From NCBI GenBank assembly GCA_002269645.1, contig NIVC01000051.1, positions 372,001-436,000 of the forward strand: a stretch of 64,000 bases of DNA. The letters run 5' to 3'. A program made the position numbers and the translations under genes. Position 1 is the stretch's first letter, and each line of letters opens with the position of its first letter. The stretch comes from Macrostomum lignano. Taxonomy: Eukaryota. Of the stretch, positions 1 to 13,305 are shown piece after piece. The notes below the pieces were generated by a model. It was not told where the DNA came from, searched no databases, and was given only the letters and a program-made list of their open reading frames with translations.

Positions 1-591
1 ATCAAATAAACACCCGATCAAATAAACACCCGATCAAATAAAAAAGCACCTGCTTTAAATAAACAGTACCAAAATGCTTAGTAAACACTCTAACAAATAA
101 ACACTCCGTCATGTACACATAAACACCAATAAAAACATTATCTTTTCAGCTGTGGAAGAAATCAGGCGCCTGGTTTTATCAGCGGCTGCCAGTTTCAGCA
201 GCTGGAGTGGACAGCGAAGAGATCTCGCAGAAAAGCGACCACATCTCGGATACAGAAGCCGAAGCCGAGCCGATGCTTCATCCTTGTAAGAATACCGACT
301 GCTGTTATTTCTACTTACAGTAGGCAGTGCCTCATTTGCACGGTTCGGGGGAAAAATACAATTTTGGAAAATTAACTTACAGATAAAGGATAGAAGCTTT
401 TGGCGAAATTCACAGAACAGAGCAGTAGAAAGCGCGCCCGACTCTCGCGCCACGTGACAACTTGGTTGATCCCGTGCGCGGCCGTATTCATTTGGCGCCG
501 GCCAAAAATGAACGCGAAAAACCAGAAATAAAAGTACATTCACAAAGTATACCTGCACAAGAAGGTGCATCAGAAAGGCGCAAGATGAAAC

Positions 592-1125
592 ACCGGGTGA
601 ATTAAGGAGGCGCCGGGTGCATCAAGGAAGCGCCATGGGAGATCAAGAAAGCGCCATGGGAGATCAAGGAAGCGCCATGGGGGATCAAGGAAGCGCCATC
701 GGAGATCAAGGAGGCTCCAGGTGCATCAAGGAAGCGCCATGGGAGATCAAGGAGACGCCAGGTGCATCTAGGAGGGTGCCAGGTGCATCTAGGAGGGCGC
801 CAGGTGCATCTAGGAGGGCGCCAGGTGCATCAAGCAAGGAACCAAGTACATTAAGGAGGCGCCAGGTGCATCAAGGAAGCGCCATCGGAGATCAAGGAGG
901 CGCCAGGTGCATCAAAGAAGCGCCATCGGAGATCAAGGAGGCGCCAGGTGCATCAAGGAAGCGCCATGGGAGATCAAGGAGGCGCCAGGTGCATCAAGGA
1001 AGCGCCATCGGAGATCAAGGAGGCGCCAGGTGCATCAAGGAAGCGCCATGGGAGATCAAGGAGGCGCCAGGTGCATCAAGGAAGCGCCATGGGAGATCAA
1101 GGAGGCGTCAGGTGCATCAAGGATC
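592..1125. repeat. 41-bp minisatellite GGTGCATCAAGGAAGCGCCATGGGAGATCAAGGAGGCGCCA
   Basis: Direct tandem units visible, with a few 21-bp sub-units. Confidence 0.9.
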
Positions 1126-1794
1126 ATGGCTCAAGTCGGCAATATACATGTAGGCTATTAATTAATGTTGATAATGCACGCAGCAAGATCAGAGTATTCA
1201 ATGCATACATATACGAGTTAACCTCCTCTCCATCAATGAGTGCGCGGGAAGCGGAGAGTTTCATACCTCCATATAAACTGCTCACTTCCTATAGTCAGCC
1301 TCCCCCCTTCGCATCCGACCGATGATGCTGATTGGCAAAATATAATCTAATGAATCCTGACAATAATCCCTCCCTCACTCTATATCAGCCTGTGAGCCAC
1401 CTGGGGCGGAGCTTAAACAAATTGGACAGAGGTGGCTTAGAAACAGCGGGGGGGGAGAAGGGGTGAACAGGGACGCACTTTGGGACGAGAGAGTCAAGGA
1501 CATCTATCCATATGCAAAACCTGGAGTTGAAAGCTTCGCCATCAAAACATTCAGCTTGTGTTTAGAATGAGATGTTTTTCGAATATTTAATCCCTTTAGC
1601 ATTGAGCAATTTCTTAGCCAAGACGCGTATACCATCACGTGATCGAATGGTGCAAATTTGAAAAAAATCGATTGAGTCGTTTTTCTGAAATCAATACATA
1701 TGATTCCTAGCCATGTGCGTCACTCTCAAAATCCGTCAATCTGATGATACAAAAAATCGATTTAATAATTGATTACATCCGCCCTATAGGCGGG

Positions 1795-1972
1795 AGGTCG
1801 CCACACACAGCCTCAATTACCCCAGCTAATGCTGGCACCCATTTTACAGCTGGGTGAACTGAAGCAATGCAGAGTTGAGTGTCTTACTCAATGACACAAA
1901 TTGTTCCTAGTGGGTCGGGAATCGAACTCCCGACCTTCAAATCGTGAGTCCGAAGCTCCAACCACTAGGCAG
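1795..1972 (-). mobile_element. tRNA-derived CORE-like SINE, copy 1 (3' part missing)
   Basis: The minus strand reads A box TGCCTAGTGG, B box GAGTTCGATTCCC, then TTGTGTCATTGAGTAAGACACTCAACTCTGCATTGCTTCAGTTCACCCAGCTGTAAAATGGG. It is homologous to the copies at 8328 and 20970. Confidence 0.8.
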
Positions 1973-2411
1973 AGGGTGGACAGCGGTCCTGACTTTCTAA
2001 TCATCAGGCATGTACAATCACTGCGCTTTGGCGGTTGGCTCTCATGGATGTGAAGTGGTTGATTGGACTCTAAAGACAAGCTCAAGTTTTTGAAAACCTG
2101 ATAGCATCCGTGCTTGTTTATCCACTCCAGATGGCAGACCTGAGGCCCCCTTGACTAGGGACCTCCTACACTGCATTGCAGCGTCAGGAAGCAGGCTATT
2201 GGGCAGAAACAGGATTAGGTAGATGTGGGGATGGCCCAGAACAGTTGCTCCCACTCTTCCCCCCAGTGATATATATTTACGCTTAACCTGGGTCCAGCAT
2301 CCTCTGTTCCCCATCTCAACAATCCAGCTCAGCTCATTAGTGGCGTTCTCTCTTCTACTAGGCAGCTGTCAAAGTGTCACTGCTCATCTGCTCATAGTCA
2401 CAAACTGACTG

Positions 2412-4707
2412 ATGCAAGCTCTGAGAGGCCTCCTGTGCTGCTGCCCACCGGATCTGCTGATTGGCAGGCCGCGCACCAGCGGTGGCGCGCCTAGCAAAGG
2501 CGCGCCTGACTTCGACGAGGATCAGGACAACAACGACGGCTGCGGCGGAGCTGCGGGCAGTGCGGGCGACACAGTGCCGCTGAAAGGTGCGCGCACTGAT
2601 AAAGGCCTCCGGACACCGATTCAGGCGCCGTCCTGACCCCCATTCAGGCGCCGTCCCGACCCCCATTCAGGCGCCGTCCTGACACCGATTCAGGCGCCGT
2701 CCTGACACTTATTTAAACGCCGTCCTGACACTTATTTAAACGCCGTCCTGACACTTATTTAAACGCCGTCCTGACACTTATTTAAACGCCGTCCTGACAC
2801 TTATTTAAACGCCGTCCTGACTCTTATTTAAACACCGTCCTGACACTTATTTAAACGCTGTCCTGACACTTATTTAAACACCATCCTGACACTTATTTAA
2901 ACACCGTCCTGACACTTATTTAAACGCCGTCCTGACACTTATTTAAACGCCGTCCTGACACTTATTTAAACACCGTCCTGACACTTATTTAAACGCCGTC
3001 CTGACACTTATTTAAACGCTGTCCTGACACTTATTTAAACGCCGTCCTCCCTGTGAAATTTCCCGGTGGAATTTTGACGGTTTTTTAACTGCTGACTTTT
3101 TTGTCCTTGCGGGTCAAGAAGTCGGCGCACGAAGATCGAATGCTCTCTAGGCAACTCAAGCTCACGGTCAAAGTCGGTTTCTTTGCTAACGCTGTGTTCT
3201 TGATTGTCATCACTGATAATGTGTTTGCGCAATGCGCAATGCAGAGGGATTTTAAAGATGAGAAGTAATTAATTGATTTTTATTTTCAGATTCCGCTGCC
3301 AATAGCGAAAGTAACGGACTCGCTGCTGCTGGGAGAGTCGCGAAATATGGAGGTAGGGATGCAGGGAGCTCGGCCTTAGCTGATCCATTTCTACCCTGCT
3401 CAATGATTGTTACCTTTAGCCCGTGTCTATTTTTAATGTGCACCAAACTATTGTACATTCATCGTACTTAAGTGCACTTGCTCTATAAGCGCAGGAGTCT
3501 ATCCCACACTTCATTCTATCCCTCACTCCATTCTATCCCTCACTCCATTCTATCCCTCACTCCAGTCTATCCCACACTCCATTCCATCCCAAACTCCAGT
3601 CTATCCCACACTAATTCTATCCCACACTCCATTCTATCCCAAACTCCAGTCTATTCCACACTAATTCTATCCCACACTCCATTCTATCCCTCACTCCAGT
3701 CTATCCCACACTAATTCTATCCCACACTCCATTCTATCCCAAACTCCAGTCTATCCCATACTCCATTCTATCCCTCACTCCATTCTATCCCTCACTCCAG
3801 TCTATCCCACACTCCATTCCATCCCAAACTCCAGTCTATCCCACACTAATTCTATCCCACACTCCATTCTATCCCAAACTCCAGTCTATTCCACACTAAT
3901 TCTATCCCACACTCCATTCTATCCCTCACTCCAGTCTATCCCACACTAATTCTATCCCACACTCCATTCTATCCCAAACTCCAGTCTATCCCATACTCCA
4001 TTCTATCCCACACTCCAATCTATCCCACACTAATTCTATCCCACACTAATTCTATCCCACACTCCAATCTATCCCACACTCCAGTCTATCCCACACTCCA
4101 ATCTATCCCACACTCCAGTCTATCCCACACTCCAATCTATCCCACACTCCAATCTATCCCACACTCCAGTCTATCCCACACTCCAGTCTATCCCACACTA
4201 ATTCTATCCCACACTCCAGTCTATCCCACACTAATTCTATCCCACACTCCAGTCTATCCCACACTAATTCTATCCCACACTCCAGTCTATCCTACACTAA
4301 TTCTATCCCACACTCCAGTCTATCCCACACTAATTCTATCCCACACTCCAATCTATCCCACACTAATTCTATCCCACACTCCAATTTATCCCAGACTAAT
4401 TCTATCCCACACTCCAATCTATCCCACACTCCAATCTATCCCACACTCCAATCTATCCCACACTCCAATCTATCCCACTTTACATTCATAATTTTATCCC
4501 GCCACTGTGGCTAGACATTCCCTGCTCCCTTTCCCCAAATCTAAAAGTTTGCTTGATGTCTCGCCTCTACGGCTCAGCGAGTCATCAAGGAAACTGCATG
4601 TGCATTCGTAAAAAATATATCTCACTAACAGTCCCCCATGAACCTCAATTGTTGCCAATAGCAACCGCCACACCCGAGCGGAGACCACCCGCCAGTCCGT
4701 CAGCAAC

Positions 4708-4779
<72 letters not shown>

Positions 4780-7262
4780 GATTTCAACGCTACCACCGGG
4801 CGTGTACTTTGAAGACAGAGGCCTAGGCACTGTGCACTTTGTCTTGCAGTACATTCCGGGCAAGGCCGCTCTGTACATTCGCATCATTAAGGGCGAAAAT
4901 CTGCGCGCCCATGACGCCAATGGACTATCCGATCCTTATGTGAAAGTCCATCTGCTGCCCGATACTGGAAAAAGAACTAAACTGCGTACCCGAACCTGCC
5001 AGAGAACGCTTAATCCGCTGTGGGACGAGGAGTTCTGCTACAGCGGCATTACTAAAGCCGAGATTGAGGCGAAGATGCTAAGGTTAACATCAGGTTTTGC
5101 ATTGCTATCATTTCTAGCTCATACTTTTAGTTACATGTAGCTTAATACGTTCGTATAGTAAGAAAAACTTACTATCTAGGATTGTGCTTAAGATTGGGGT
5201 GCTTGCGCAGCCAAAAATTGGGCCCAAATATAGGTGGTGAAGCGGTCGATATGAATAAGAATCAAGGGGTTGGAGCGCTGCACAGCCATAAAATTGGGGC
5301 AAGGCGTGAGGTGGCTGTCAATAGAGGTAGGAATAGAGGTTTGGGGCGTTGCACAGCCATAAAATCAGGGCAAGGCGTGAGGTGGCTATCAATAGAGGTA
5401 GGAATAGAGGTTTGGGGCGTTGCACAGCCATAAAATCAGGGCAAGGCGTGAGGTGGCTGTCAATAAAAGTAGGAATAGAGGTTTGGGGCGTGGCACAGCC
5501 ATAAAATCAGGGCAAGGCGTGAGGTGGCTGTCAATAAAAGTAGGAATAGAGGTTTGGGGCGTGGCACAGCCATAAAATCAGGGCAAGGCGTGAGGTGGCT
5601 GTCAATAGAGGTAGGAATAGAGGTTTGGGGCGTGGCACAGCCATAAAATCAGGGCAAGGCGTGAGGTGGCTGTCAATAAAAGTAGGAATAGAGGTTTGGG
5701 GCGTGGCACAGCCATAAAATCAGGGCAAGGCGTGAGGTGGCTGTCAATAGAGGTAGGAATAGAGGTTTGGGGCGTGGCACAGCCATAAAATCAGGGCAAG
5801 GCGTGAGGTGGCTGTCAATAGAGGTAGGAATAGAGGTTTGGGGCGTGGCACAGCCATAAAATCAGGGCAAGGCGTGAGGTGGCGTACAATAGGGGTAGGA
5901 ATCAAGGGGTTACAGCGCTGCACAGCCAGAAAATCAGGGCAAGGCGTGAGGTGGCTGTCAATGGAGGCAGGAATCGAGGGTTGGGGCGTTGCACAGCCAT
6001 AAAATCAGGGCAAGGCGTGAAGTGGCGGTCAAAAGGAATCGAAGATTGGGGTGTATGTTATACATGTACAGCCATAAAATTGGGGCAAAGGCCTGAAAAA
6101 GTCACTACTCTGCCCAATTTAAAGGCTATCAGTGCTGGACGAGGACACAATCGGATTCGAATGGATGGGAGAGATTCTCTACCCACTGAGCCATTTGCTG
6201 CACTCCGGCAAGAAGGAATATTCGCAGATCTTTTTGCAGCCGAAAAATTTTGTAAGTTGTGTCGGTCTTTTTGTTTTTTTTTCCGAAATGACTACAAACC
6301 ACTCAATGCTGGATTCACCCAGGAGCTTGACAGATCGTTGAAGCTGGAAGATGACGATCGGGGAAAGATTCTGATTGGCCTATATTACGCCCCGGCCAAG
6401 AACGAGCTCACCGTAAGGATTATCCAGTGCGTTAATCTGATTGCCATGGACCCAAACGGATACAGCGATCCTTTTGTCAAACTGTGAGCCTCATTTTTGC
6501 CTTATTTGTTATAAGAAACAATATTTCGCTTTAACTATAGTGAGTGTTTTCCCAACTCTTAACCCGCTTCTCTTCGCCAGACACCTGAAACCGGACGATG
6601 GAACTCCGAAAAAGTGTAAAACTGAGTTTAAACGGAGAACACTGAATCCGGAATTCGAAGAGGTCTGTTGGTGTCTGTACTGCGTCTGTTGTCTCAGATT
6701 TTCAATTCGGACAGTCGCTGCAATGCTTTCACTCACGCCTACTGATGTCACTCCTACAGTCACTACTGATGTCGCTCCTACAGTCACTACTGATGTCGCT
6801 CCTAGTGTCACTCCTAAAATCACTTGTACGTAAAGTCACTCCTTATTTTCATCACCCCAACACCCCCGAACATGATTGCAGGAATTCCAGTTCATTGTGA
6901 CGCCGCAGGAACTGCTTGACAAGTCACTAGAGATCACAGTCTGGGACAAAGACTTCGGCTCTAAGAATGATTTCATGGGTGAGAGTGACGAGTAGCCGAT
7001 GCTCTTATTTTTTTACTTGTCACTCTGACAAAACTTTCGGTGAATTACTCCAGAGATATCCCCACGTATCACTCCAAAAATACTCCCAAAACCGCCCCAA
7101 ACGCGTCACTCCCCTTCTCTCAACGCCGTTTCGCACCCAGGTGCCCTGGTGCTCGGTAGCGAGTGCTCAGGCGAGAGACGCAGCCACTGGGAGGCCCTGC
7201 TGCGGCAGCCCTACCAACGCCATGAGCGCTGGCACGCCCTGTGGCCGGAGCTGTCGATGTAG
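2412..7262 (+). CDS. Doc2/rabphilin-family tandem C2 (C2A-C2B) Ca2+/phospholipid-binding protein, ~425 aa, 8 exons
   Basis: Exons 2412-2586, 3290-3352, 4632-5082, 6125-6251, 6323-6483, 6581-6662, 6882-6978, 7141-7262. All junctions are GT-AG and phase-consistent (1278 nt). C2A motifs: [51 protein letters not shown]2B motifs: [39 protein letters not shown]...ERWHAL. These match Doc2/Rph3A C2 domains. Exons 1-2 are less certain than exons 3-8. Confidence 0.88.
2625..3047. repeat. 23-bp minisatellite CCGTCCTGACACTTATTTAAACG (Doc2-like intron 1)
   Basis: Direct tandem units. Confidence 0.92.
3488..4478. repeat. 16-17-bp minisatellite CTATCCCACACTCCA(G/A/T)T / CTATCCCACACTAATT (intron 2)
   Basis: Direct tandem units. 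Confidence 0.92.
5278..6080. repeat. 71-bp minisatellite (intron 3)
   Basis: GCACAGCCATAAAATCAGGG recurs every 71 bp (e.g. 5493, 5564). Confidence 0.92.
6730..6825. repeat. 24-bp short minisatellite CTGATGTCGCTCCTACAGTCACTA
   Basis: About 3-4 units in intron 6. Confidence 0.8.
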
Positions 7263-7427
7263 AAGTCCAACGCTAACGCAGCAAGCAAACGCAAAGATAC
7301 GCTATAATCTGGACAAGTCAACTTGAAAAAATCGCTGTTTTTGGTTTGACATCTCTTTAATGCTCGTGTGTTACGTCTGTGTCAGAAGTTTTGGCATAGG
7401 GCCGATTGAGGTTTGTTTTGAAAGCTT

Positions 7428-8064
7428 CAACTAAAGTGTGTTTAAGCTCCAACTGAAGTCTGTTTAAGCTCCAACTGAAGTCTTTTTAAGCTCCAACTGA
7501 AGTGTGTTTAAGCTCCAACTGAAGTGTGTTTAAGCTCCAACTGAATTCTGTTTAAGCTTCAACTGAAGTGTGTTTAAGCTCCAACTGAAGTGTGTTTAAG
7601 CTCCAACTGAATTCTGTTTAAGCTCCAACTGAAGTGTGTTTAAGCTCCAACTGAAGTGTGTTTAAGCTCCAACTGAAGTGTGTTTAAGCTCCAACTGAAG
7701 TCTGTTTAAGCTTCAACTGAAGTCTTTTTAAGCTCCAACTGAAGTGTGTTTAAGCTCCAACTGAAGTGTGTTTAAGCTCCAACTGAATTCTGTTTAAGCT
7801 TCAACTGAAGTGTGTTTAAGCTCCAACTGAAGTGTGTTTAAGCTCCAACTGAATTCTGTTTAAGCTTCAACTGAAGTGTGTTTAAGCTCCAACTGTAGTG
7901 TGTTTAAGCTCCAACTGAATTCTGTTTAAGCTCCAACTGAAGTGTGTTTAAGCTCCAACTGAAGTGCGTTTAAGCTCCAACTGAAGTGTGTTTAAGCTCC
8001 AACTGAAGTCTGTTTAAGCTCCAACTGAAGTGTGTTTAAGCTCCAACTGAAGTGTGTTTAAGCT
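7428..8064. repeat. 22-bp minisatellite AAGCTCCAACTGAAGTGTGTTT
   Basis: Direct tandem units downstream of the Doc2-like stop. Confidence 0.93.
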
Positions 8065-8327
8065 GTTAATTTCTATATCTACGAGTATTTGAGAGCAAAC
8101 TGCAGTCACTTCTCACCGCCAGATTAAGCTTCGAGCCCATACTTGCATATTTTCATATTTAATAATTACTTTTTTGTCTCTCTCCCTGTTCCTCTGTCTC
8201 CATGATTTACATAGAATTGTACTAATGTTTAAAAGTTCGTGTTCTAAACTGTCATTCGATTTAAAAAAGTATCAATATTTGTCAGAAAAAAACAATTCAT
8301 TCTATGCTCATTACGTATTAGACGATT

Positions 8328-8560
8328 GGTTGTAGCCTTGTGGTGAGAGCACTTTTAAAGGGAGGGGGTTCGATTCCCAATCACATTGGAACAATTTGTG
8401 TCCTTGAGCAAGACCCTTAACTCTGCATTGCTTCAGTTCACCCAGCAGTAAAATGGGTGCCAGCATTAGCTGGGGCAATTGAGGCTGGGAGTGGCGACCC
8501 CGCAGTCCTTGGACTGAACAGCCGTACGCAGCCTTCAGATGCACCGCGCGAATGACGTTG
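8328..8560 (+). mobile_element. tRNA-derived CORE-like SINE, copy 2 (head partly deleted)
   Basis: TAGCCTTGTGG...GGTTCGATTCC followed by the same central domain and a 3' segment shared with copy 3. Confidence 0.8.
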
Positions 8561-9159
8561 GCAGATTTGTTGAAAACACGAGCTTTCAAAACAATTTCAA
8601 GAAATGAAGAACACCGTCAAATTGGTCCTTGATCACTTGCAGGTCTTTTGAAACTCCTCTCATCGGGAAAATTTTGTAATAACAGGTTTTAAAGCGAGCG
8701 CGAGTGCTGCTTCAACTCACATAAGAGCAGCAAATCCGCTAAAAGCGATGCAGATTTAATTAAAAGCCGACAAAATGCAGAAACACGGCTTAAGTGTGTA
8801 AGCGAGTCTCCCTAATCCTGTATTACTGTATAAGCTTGCATGGCAAAGTTGTGTTACCAAGTCGGAGTCCCTGTGTAAACACTGATTGAGAGACCTACAG
8901 CACTGCGAAGCGAGACTGTTTCACATTTGTTATGGCAGCAATTCAGTTTTAAGCAACTGTTTCCATGCGAGATTGAAATTCTGATTGAATTAAAACAAAT
9001 AATTAGTAAGCTCTGAACATTCTAAGCTTCTGAAATATTGTTGTCCACTCGTTTGTTGTTGCGACTTTTTATTGAAAAACGAGATTTGAAGACTGCTTCT
9101 TCAGTTATCCCAGGCAATGCTAGAAGTAAAACTGTGTGTTTTCGGTGGTGCTCGCTTCT

Positions 9160-10200
9160 CCACTCCTTTCTCTACCTCTGCTCTCTCTCATCTCCCTTTC
9201 CCTTCTCTCTCTCTCTCTCTCCTCTCTCTCCCTCTTTCTCCCTCTCAGCTCCTCTCCTCTCCACTTCTCTCCCCTCCTCTTCTCTTCTCTCCTCTTCTCT
9301 CCTCTCCTCTCTTCTCACCCCTCTTCTCTTCTCTCCTCTTTCCCCTCTCCTCTCTCCTCTCTCTCCTCTCCTCTCTCCTCTCTCTCCTCTCCTCTCTCCT
9401 ATCTTCTCTCCGCTTCTCTCTCTCTCCTCTCCTTTCCTCTCTTCTCTCTTCTCTTCTCTCCTCTCCTCTTTCCTCTCTTCTCACCCCTCTTCTCTTCTCT
9501 CCTCTTTCCCCTCTCCCCTCTCCTCTCTCCTCTCTTCTCCTCTCCTCTCTTCTCCTCTCCTCTCTCTCCTCTCCTCTCTCCTCTCTTCTCTCCGCTTCTC
9601 TCTCTCTCCTCTCCTTTCCTCTCTTCTCTCTTCTCTTCTCTCATCTCCTCTTTCCTCTCTTCTCACCCCTCTTCTCTTCTCTCCTCTTTCCCCTCTCCCC
9701 TCTCCTCTCTCCTCTCTTCTCCTCTTCTCCTCTCCTCTCCTCTCTCCTCTCCTCTCTCCTTTCTTCTCACCCCTCTTCTCTTCTCTCCTCTTTCCCCTCT
9801 CCCCTCTCCTCTCTCCTCTCTTCTCCTCTTCTCATCTCCTCTCCTCTCTTCTCCTCTCTCCTCTCCTCTCTCCTTTCTTCTCACCCCTCTTCTCTTCTCT
9901 CCTCTTTCCCCTCTCCCCTCTCCTCTCTCCTCTCTCCTCTTTTCTCCTCTCAACCTCTCTTCTCTTCTCTCCTCTTTCCTCTCCTCTCCTCTTTCCTCCC
10001 CTCTCTCCTCTCTTCTCATCTCTCCTCTCCGCTTCTCTCTCCTCTCCTCTCTCCTCTCTTCTCTCTTCTCCTCTCTTCTCGTCTCTCCTCTCTTCTCTTC
10101 TCTCCTCTTTCCTCCCCTCTCTCCTCTCTTCTCATCTCTCCTCTCCGCTTCTCTCTCCTCTCCTCTCTCCTCTCCTCTCTCCTCTCCTCTCTCTTCTCCT
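9160..10200. repeat. Degenerate (CCTCT)n polypyrimidine array
   Basis: Almost pure C/T on the + strand. Confidence 0.93.
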
Positions 10201-11219
10201 GACTCCTATGCTCCTGTATCCGTTCTCTCCCAATTTCCATCCCCTCTCCCAAGCACAATAATGATGTCTCCATGAATGAAAAGTGCTCGGGCAGAACTGC
10301 AGGAAAGGCAGCGCACAGCACAGTGAGCAGTACCCGCAGCTGCGGCAGCAATGCGCCCCGATGCTCCAAGACTGTAAAGAGCTTAACAAAAATTTGTATT
10401 GACACTTCCTGCATGATTTATGCTGCCTGTTGCGGCGCCGTAGCAGCACCAGCAAGCAAAATGAAATGGGCTGGTCAAGCAACAAAGGAAGCCTGACTGC
10501 CTCCCGTGTCGCTACCGATTCCCCACCAGCGCTTCTCCTCCCCTTTATAGTTTCCCCCACCCTTTCCCCCTGAAACTGCATGCATTCACGATTGGCGCCC
10601 CCAAAACTGCATGGGGGTTGCAATGATGCTCATGTGGGGATGTCAGATGTATCCTTTCTATGGGGGAGGCAATGGCTGGTTTGAGGATAGGAGATTAAGA
10701 GGCGGGGAGAAACGGACGACAGGGAAATAGAGAGAGGTGGGAGATGGAGGAGAGGAGAGAGAGAGAGAGAGTCTGTAATATAGGAGGCAACGAGAGGCAG
10801 AAACATCACTAATTGTACTTTATTCTGGTTTATAAGCATAACGCTGCAAGTGACACCCACCCCAGCCCTAACCCAAGCCCTAGCTTCCCAAATCTAACTT
10901 CAAAGCCTAGGACAATGCATCTGTAATGTTTGTTCTTGCAGAGAATGCCTGAAGCACTGAGAGCCAGTTGAACTGCTTTTTTCCACGTCTAATTGTTGCC
11001 TATCGTTGGTTGGCTACAAGTGAAATTATTTTGCTTTTCGTAGCAGCCTCACTATGCTCCTGAATAGCAGATGGACTTGAATTGCCACTGGGAATAAAAG
11101 CTTATTACGAGGAACATCTCCTCAGACAAATAAACGGAGAAAATGTTCCGTTTTTGTGTTTCAGTCTGCTATGCATAATTTGTCCGTTTACTGCGTATGA
11201 AAGCTTTTACCTGAAATTA

Positions 11220-11774
11220 GGAGAGAAGGGAGAGGAGAGGAGAAGAGAGGAGAGGAAAGGAGATAAAAAGAGAGGAGAGGAGTGGAGAGGAGAGGAGAGG
11301 AGAGAGGAGAGGAGAGGAGAGGAGAGAGGAGAGGAGAGGAGAGGAGTGGAGAGGAGAGGAGAGGAGAGAGGAGAGGAGAGGAGAGGAGAGGAGAGGAGAG
11401 GAGAGGAGAGGAGAGGAGAGGAGAGGAGAGGAGAGAGGAGAGGAGAGGAGAGGAGAGGTGAGGTGAGGAGATGAGAGGAGATGAGAGGAGAGGAGAGGAG
11501 AGGAGAGGAGAGGAGAGGAGAGGAGAGGAGAGGAGAGGAGATGAGAGGAGAGGAGAGGAGAGGAGAGAAGAGAGGAGAGGAGGGAGAGAAGAGAATAGGA
11601 GAGGAGAGAAGAGAAGAGAGGAGAGAGGAGAGGAGAGGAGAGGAGAGGAGAGGAGAGGAGAGGAGAGGAGAGGAAATAGGAGAGGAGAGGAGAGGAGAGG
11701 AGAGGAGAGGAGAGGAGAGGAGAGGAGAGGAGAAGAGAGGAGAGGAGAGGAGAGGAGAGGAGAGGAGAGAGGAG
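11220..11774. repeat. (GAGGA)n array, left flank of the LINE
   Basis: Direct inspection. Confidence 0.95.
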
Positions 11775-13305
11775 CGTGCCTCAGCCATCCTGGCCCAGCT
11801 CCGACGAGCACTTGGCACTTCTTGGGGTCTATCCCCAAAGCGGCTTTGGTGGATCTATACTTCCGTAGTTAGACCTGCCATTACGTACGCCTCTGTTGTC
11901 TGGGTTAGCGCTACCCAGGTCAAAAGCCATGCAGACCTGCTCAACACGATCCAAGGCAGAGCGTGTAGGCTCATCTGCAACGCCACCAGGTCCACGCCCT
12001 TTGCTGGCATGGGGGCCTTTCTTAATCTTCCGCCTCTTGACCTCTTCATCAGGGGTGAGGCGGCTAGAACGACGCGGCGTCTAATTGATGCCGGCGTCAA
12101 ATTCATTTACATGAGAGCACCTGCTAAGCGGAACCTTGTCCCGCATAGCGATCTGTGCCTCAACTTTCTCAACGAGTGTCAGGCCAATCGCGTCTTCACC
12201 GATGGCATTGCCTCAACGCTCAACCTGAGACAGCGCTACTCCGTAGCTATCGACTCGCGCGATAACATCAATGACCATTGGAACCCTGGTGAGCTTCATT
12301 GCTACACCGACGGTTCTAAGCAGTCAGCCAACACCGGCTTTGGTGTTGGAATCTTTCTGAACGGGAGGGTCATCGCTACCCACGCTCAATACACTGGGGT
12401 CAACTCCAGTGTTTTCCAAAATGAAGTTCTGGCCATCAGCTCCTGCACTGCAGAGCTTCTCGCCACTGGCGTTACTGGTAAGAACATCATTTTCCATTCG
12501 GACAGCCAAGCTGCCTTGCACGCCATCAGTGGCTGCAGCACCAACTCTGCTACAGTCCTTGACTGTATCAAACTCCTCAATATGTTGGGTTCCGCCAACA
12601 AAATTACCCTTAAGTGGGTTCCGGGGCATGTGGGGATCCGAGGAAATGAGTTGGCTGACACCCTTGCAAAAGTTGGTGCCTCCGGCTCCTCTCTCGGCCC
12701 CGAACCTCTTGTCCCGATTCCTGGCTGTGTCATCGACTCGCGCATCAAAGCGTGGATCAGGACTCAGCACCGCTCGACTTGGGCGAACCGCACGAACTGC
12801 AGGCAATCCAGAGGCGCTGTCCCTCAGCCCTCTCACCAGCTCCGGAAGCTCCTCTTGCGCCTCTCGCGCAGAGACATCCGGGCTGCCACCATGACCCTCT
12901 CTGGTCACGGCTGCTTCTCCAGGCACCAGCACCTGCAGGGCAACGCCACCAACGCCACCTGTAGTTTCTGCAACTCAGGTGACGAAACCGCTGAGCATTT
13001 CGTCAGCATCTGTCCCGCCTTCACGCGGGCCAGACTCACTTACCTCGGGCCACACACATCTATTACTGAAGCGTGCAAACCCGAAAACTTTAATCAGCTC
13101 ATGCGCTACCTTCGGGCCACCCGCAGGGCTGAACTCTCCTTTCCAGAGAGCACCATAGCTGCTGGCGACACTGGGGGACCTCCCTGGGCGGCGCCAACCC
13201 TCCGTCCATAGCGACGCGTCGGCCGTTCAGGGACTAGCGGAATGGGCGCCCGCGCCTTCCCGCTGTGTCCCCTCCGGGACAGCCCTGCAGCTAAGTCAAG
13301 TCAAG
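11775..13305 (+). mobile_element. 5'-truncated non-LTR retrotransposon (LINE) with RNase H and C-terminal Cys/His knuckle, LOA/Lian-like (R1/I group)
   Basis: Uninterrupted frame to the stop at 13211. Post-RT motif RRALGTSWGLSPKRLWWIYTSVVRPAITYASVVW. RNase H motifs YTDGS, SVFQNEVLAI, HSDSQAAL, WVPGHVGIRGNELADTLAK. Knuckle CSFC...ETAEHFVSIC. GC-rich 3' UTR, AAGTCAAGTCAAG tail, and AGGAGAGAGGAG on both flanks. The clade assignment is from remembered motifs. Confidence 0.9.

Noticed and set aside
1520-1795. Possible Helitron/MITE fragment with a CCCGCC-CTATA-GGCGGG hairpin next to SINE copy 1
   Set aside because: There is no second terminus or second copy in the window, so it cannot be supported as a feature.
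10016-10623. Cys-rich or hydrophobic minus-strand ORFs between the purine arrays
   Set aside because: No recognisable domain, no consistent splice partners, and the frames run into repeat.
11481-11774. N-terminal EERRG extension of the 576-aa ORF as a real repeat-RNase H fusion protein
   Set aside because: It is the flanking microsatellite read in frame with a 5'-truncated LINE. The ATG is a variant repeat unit.
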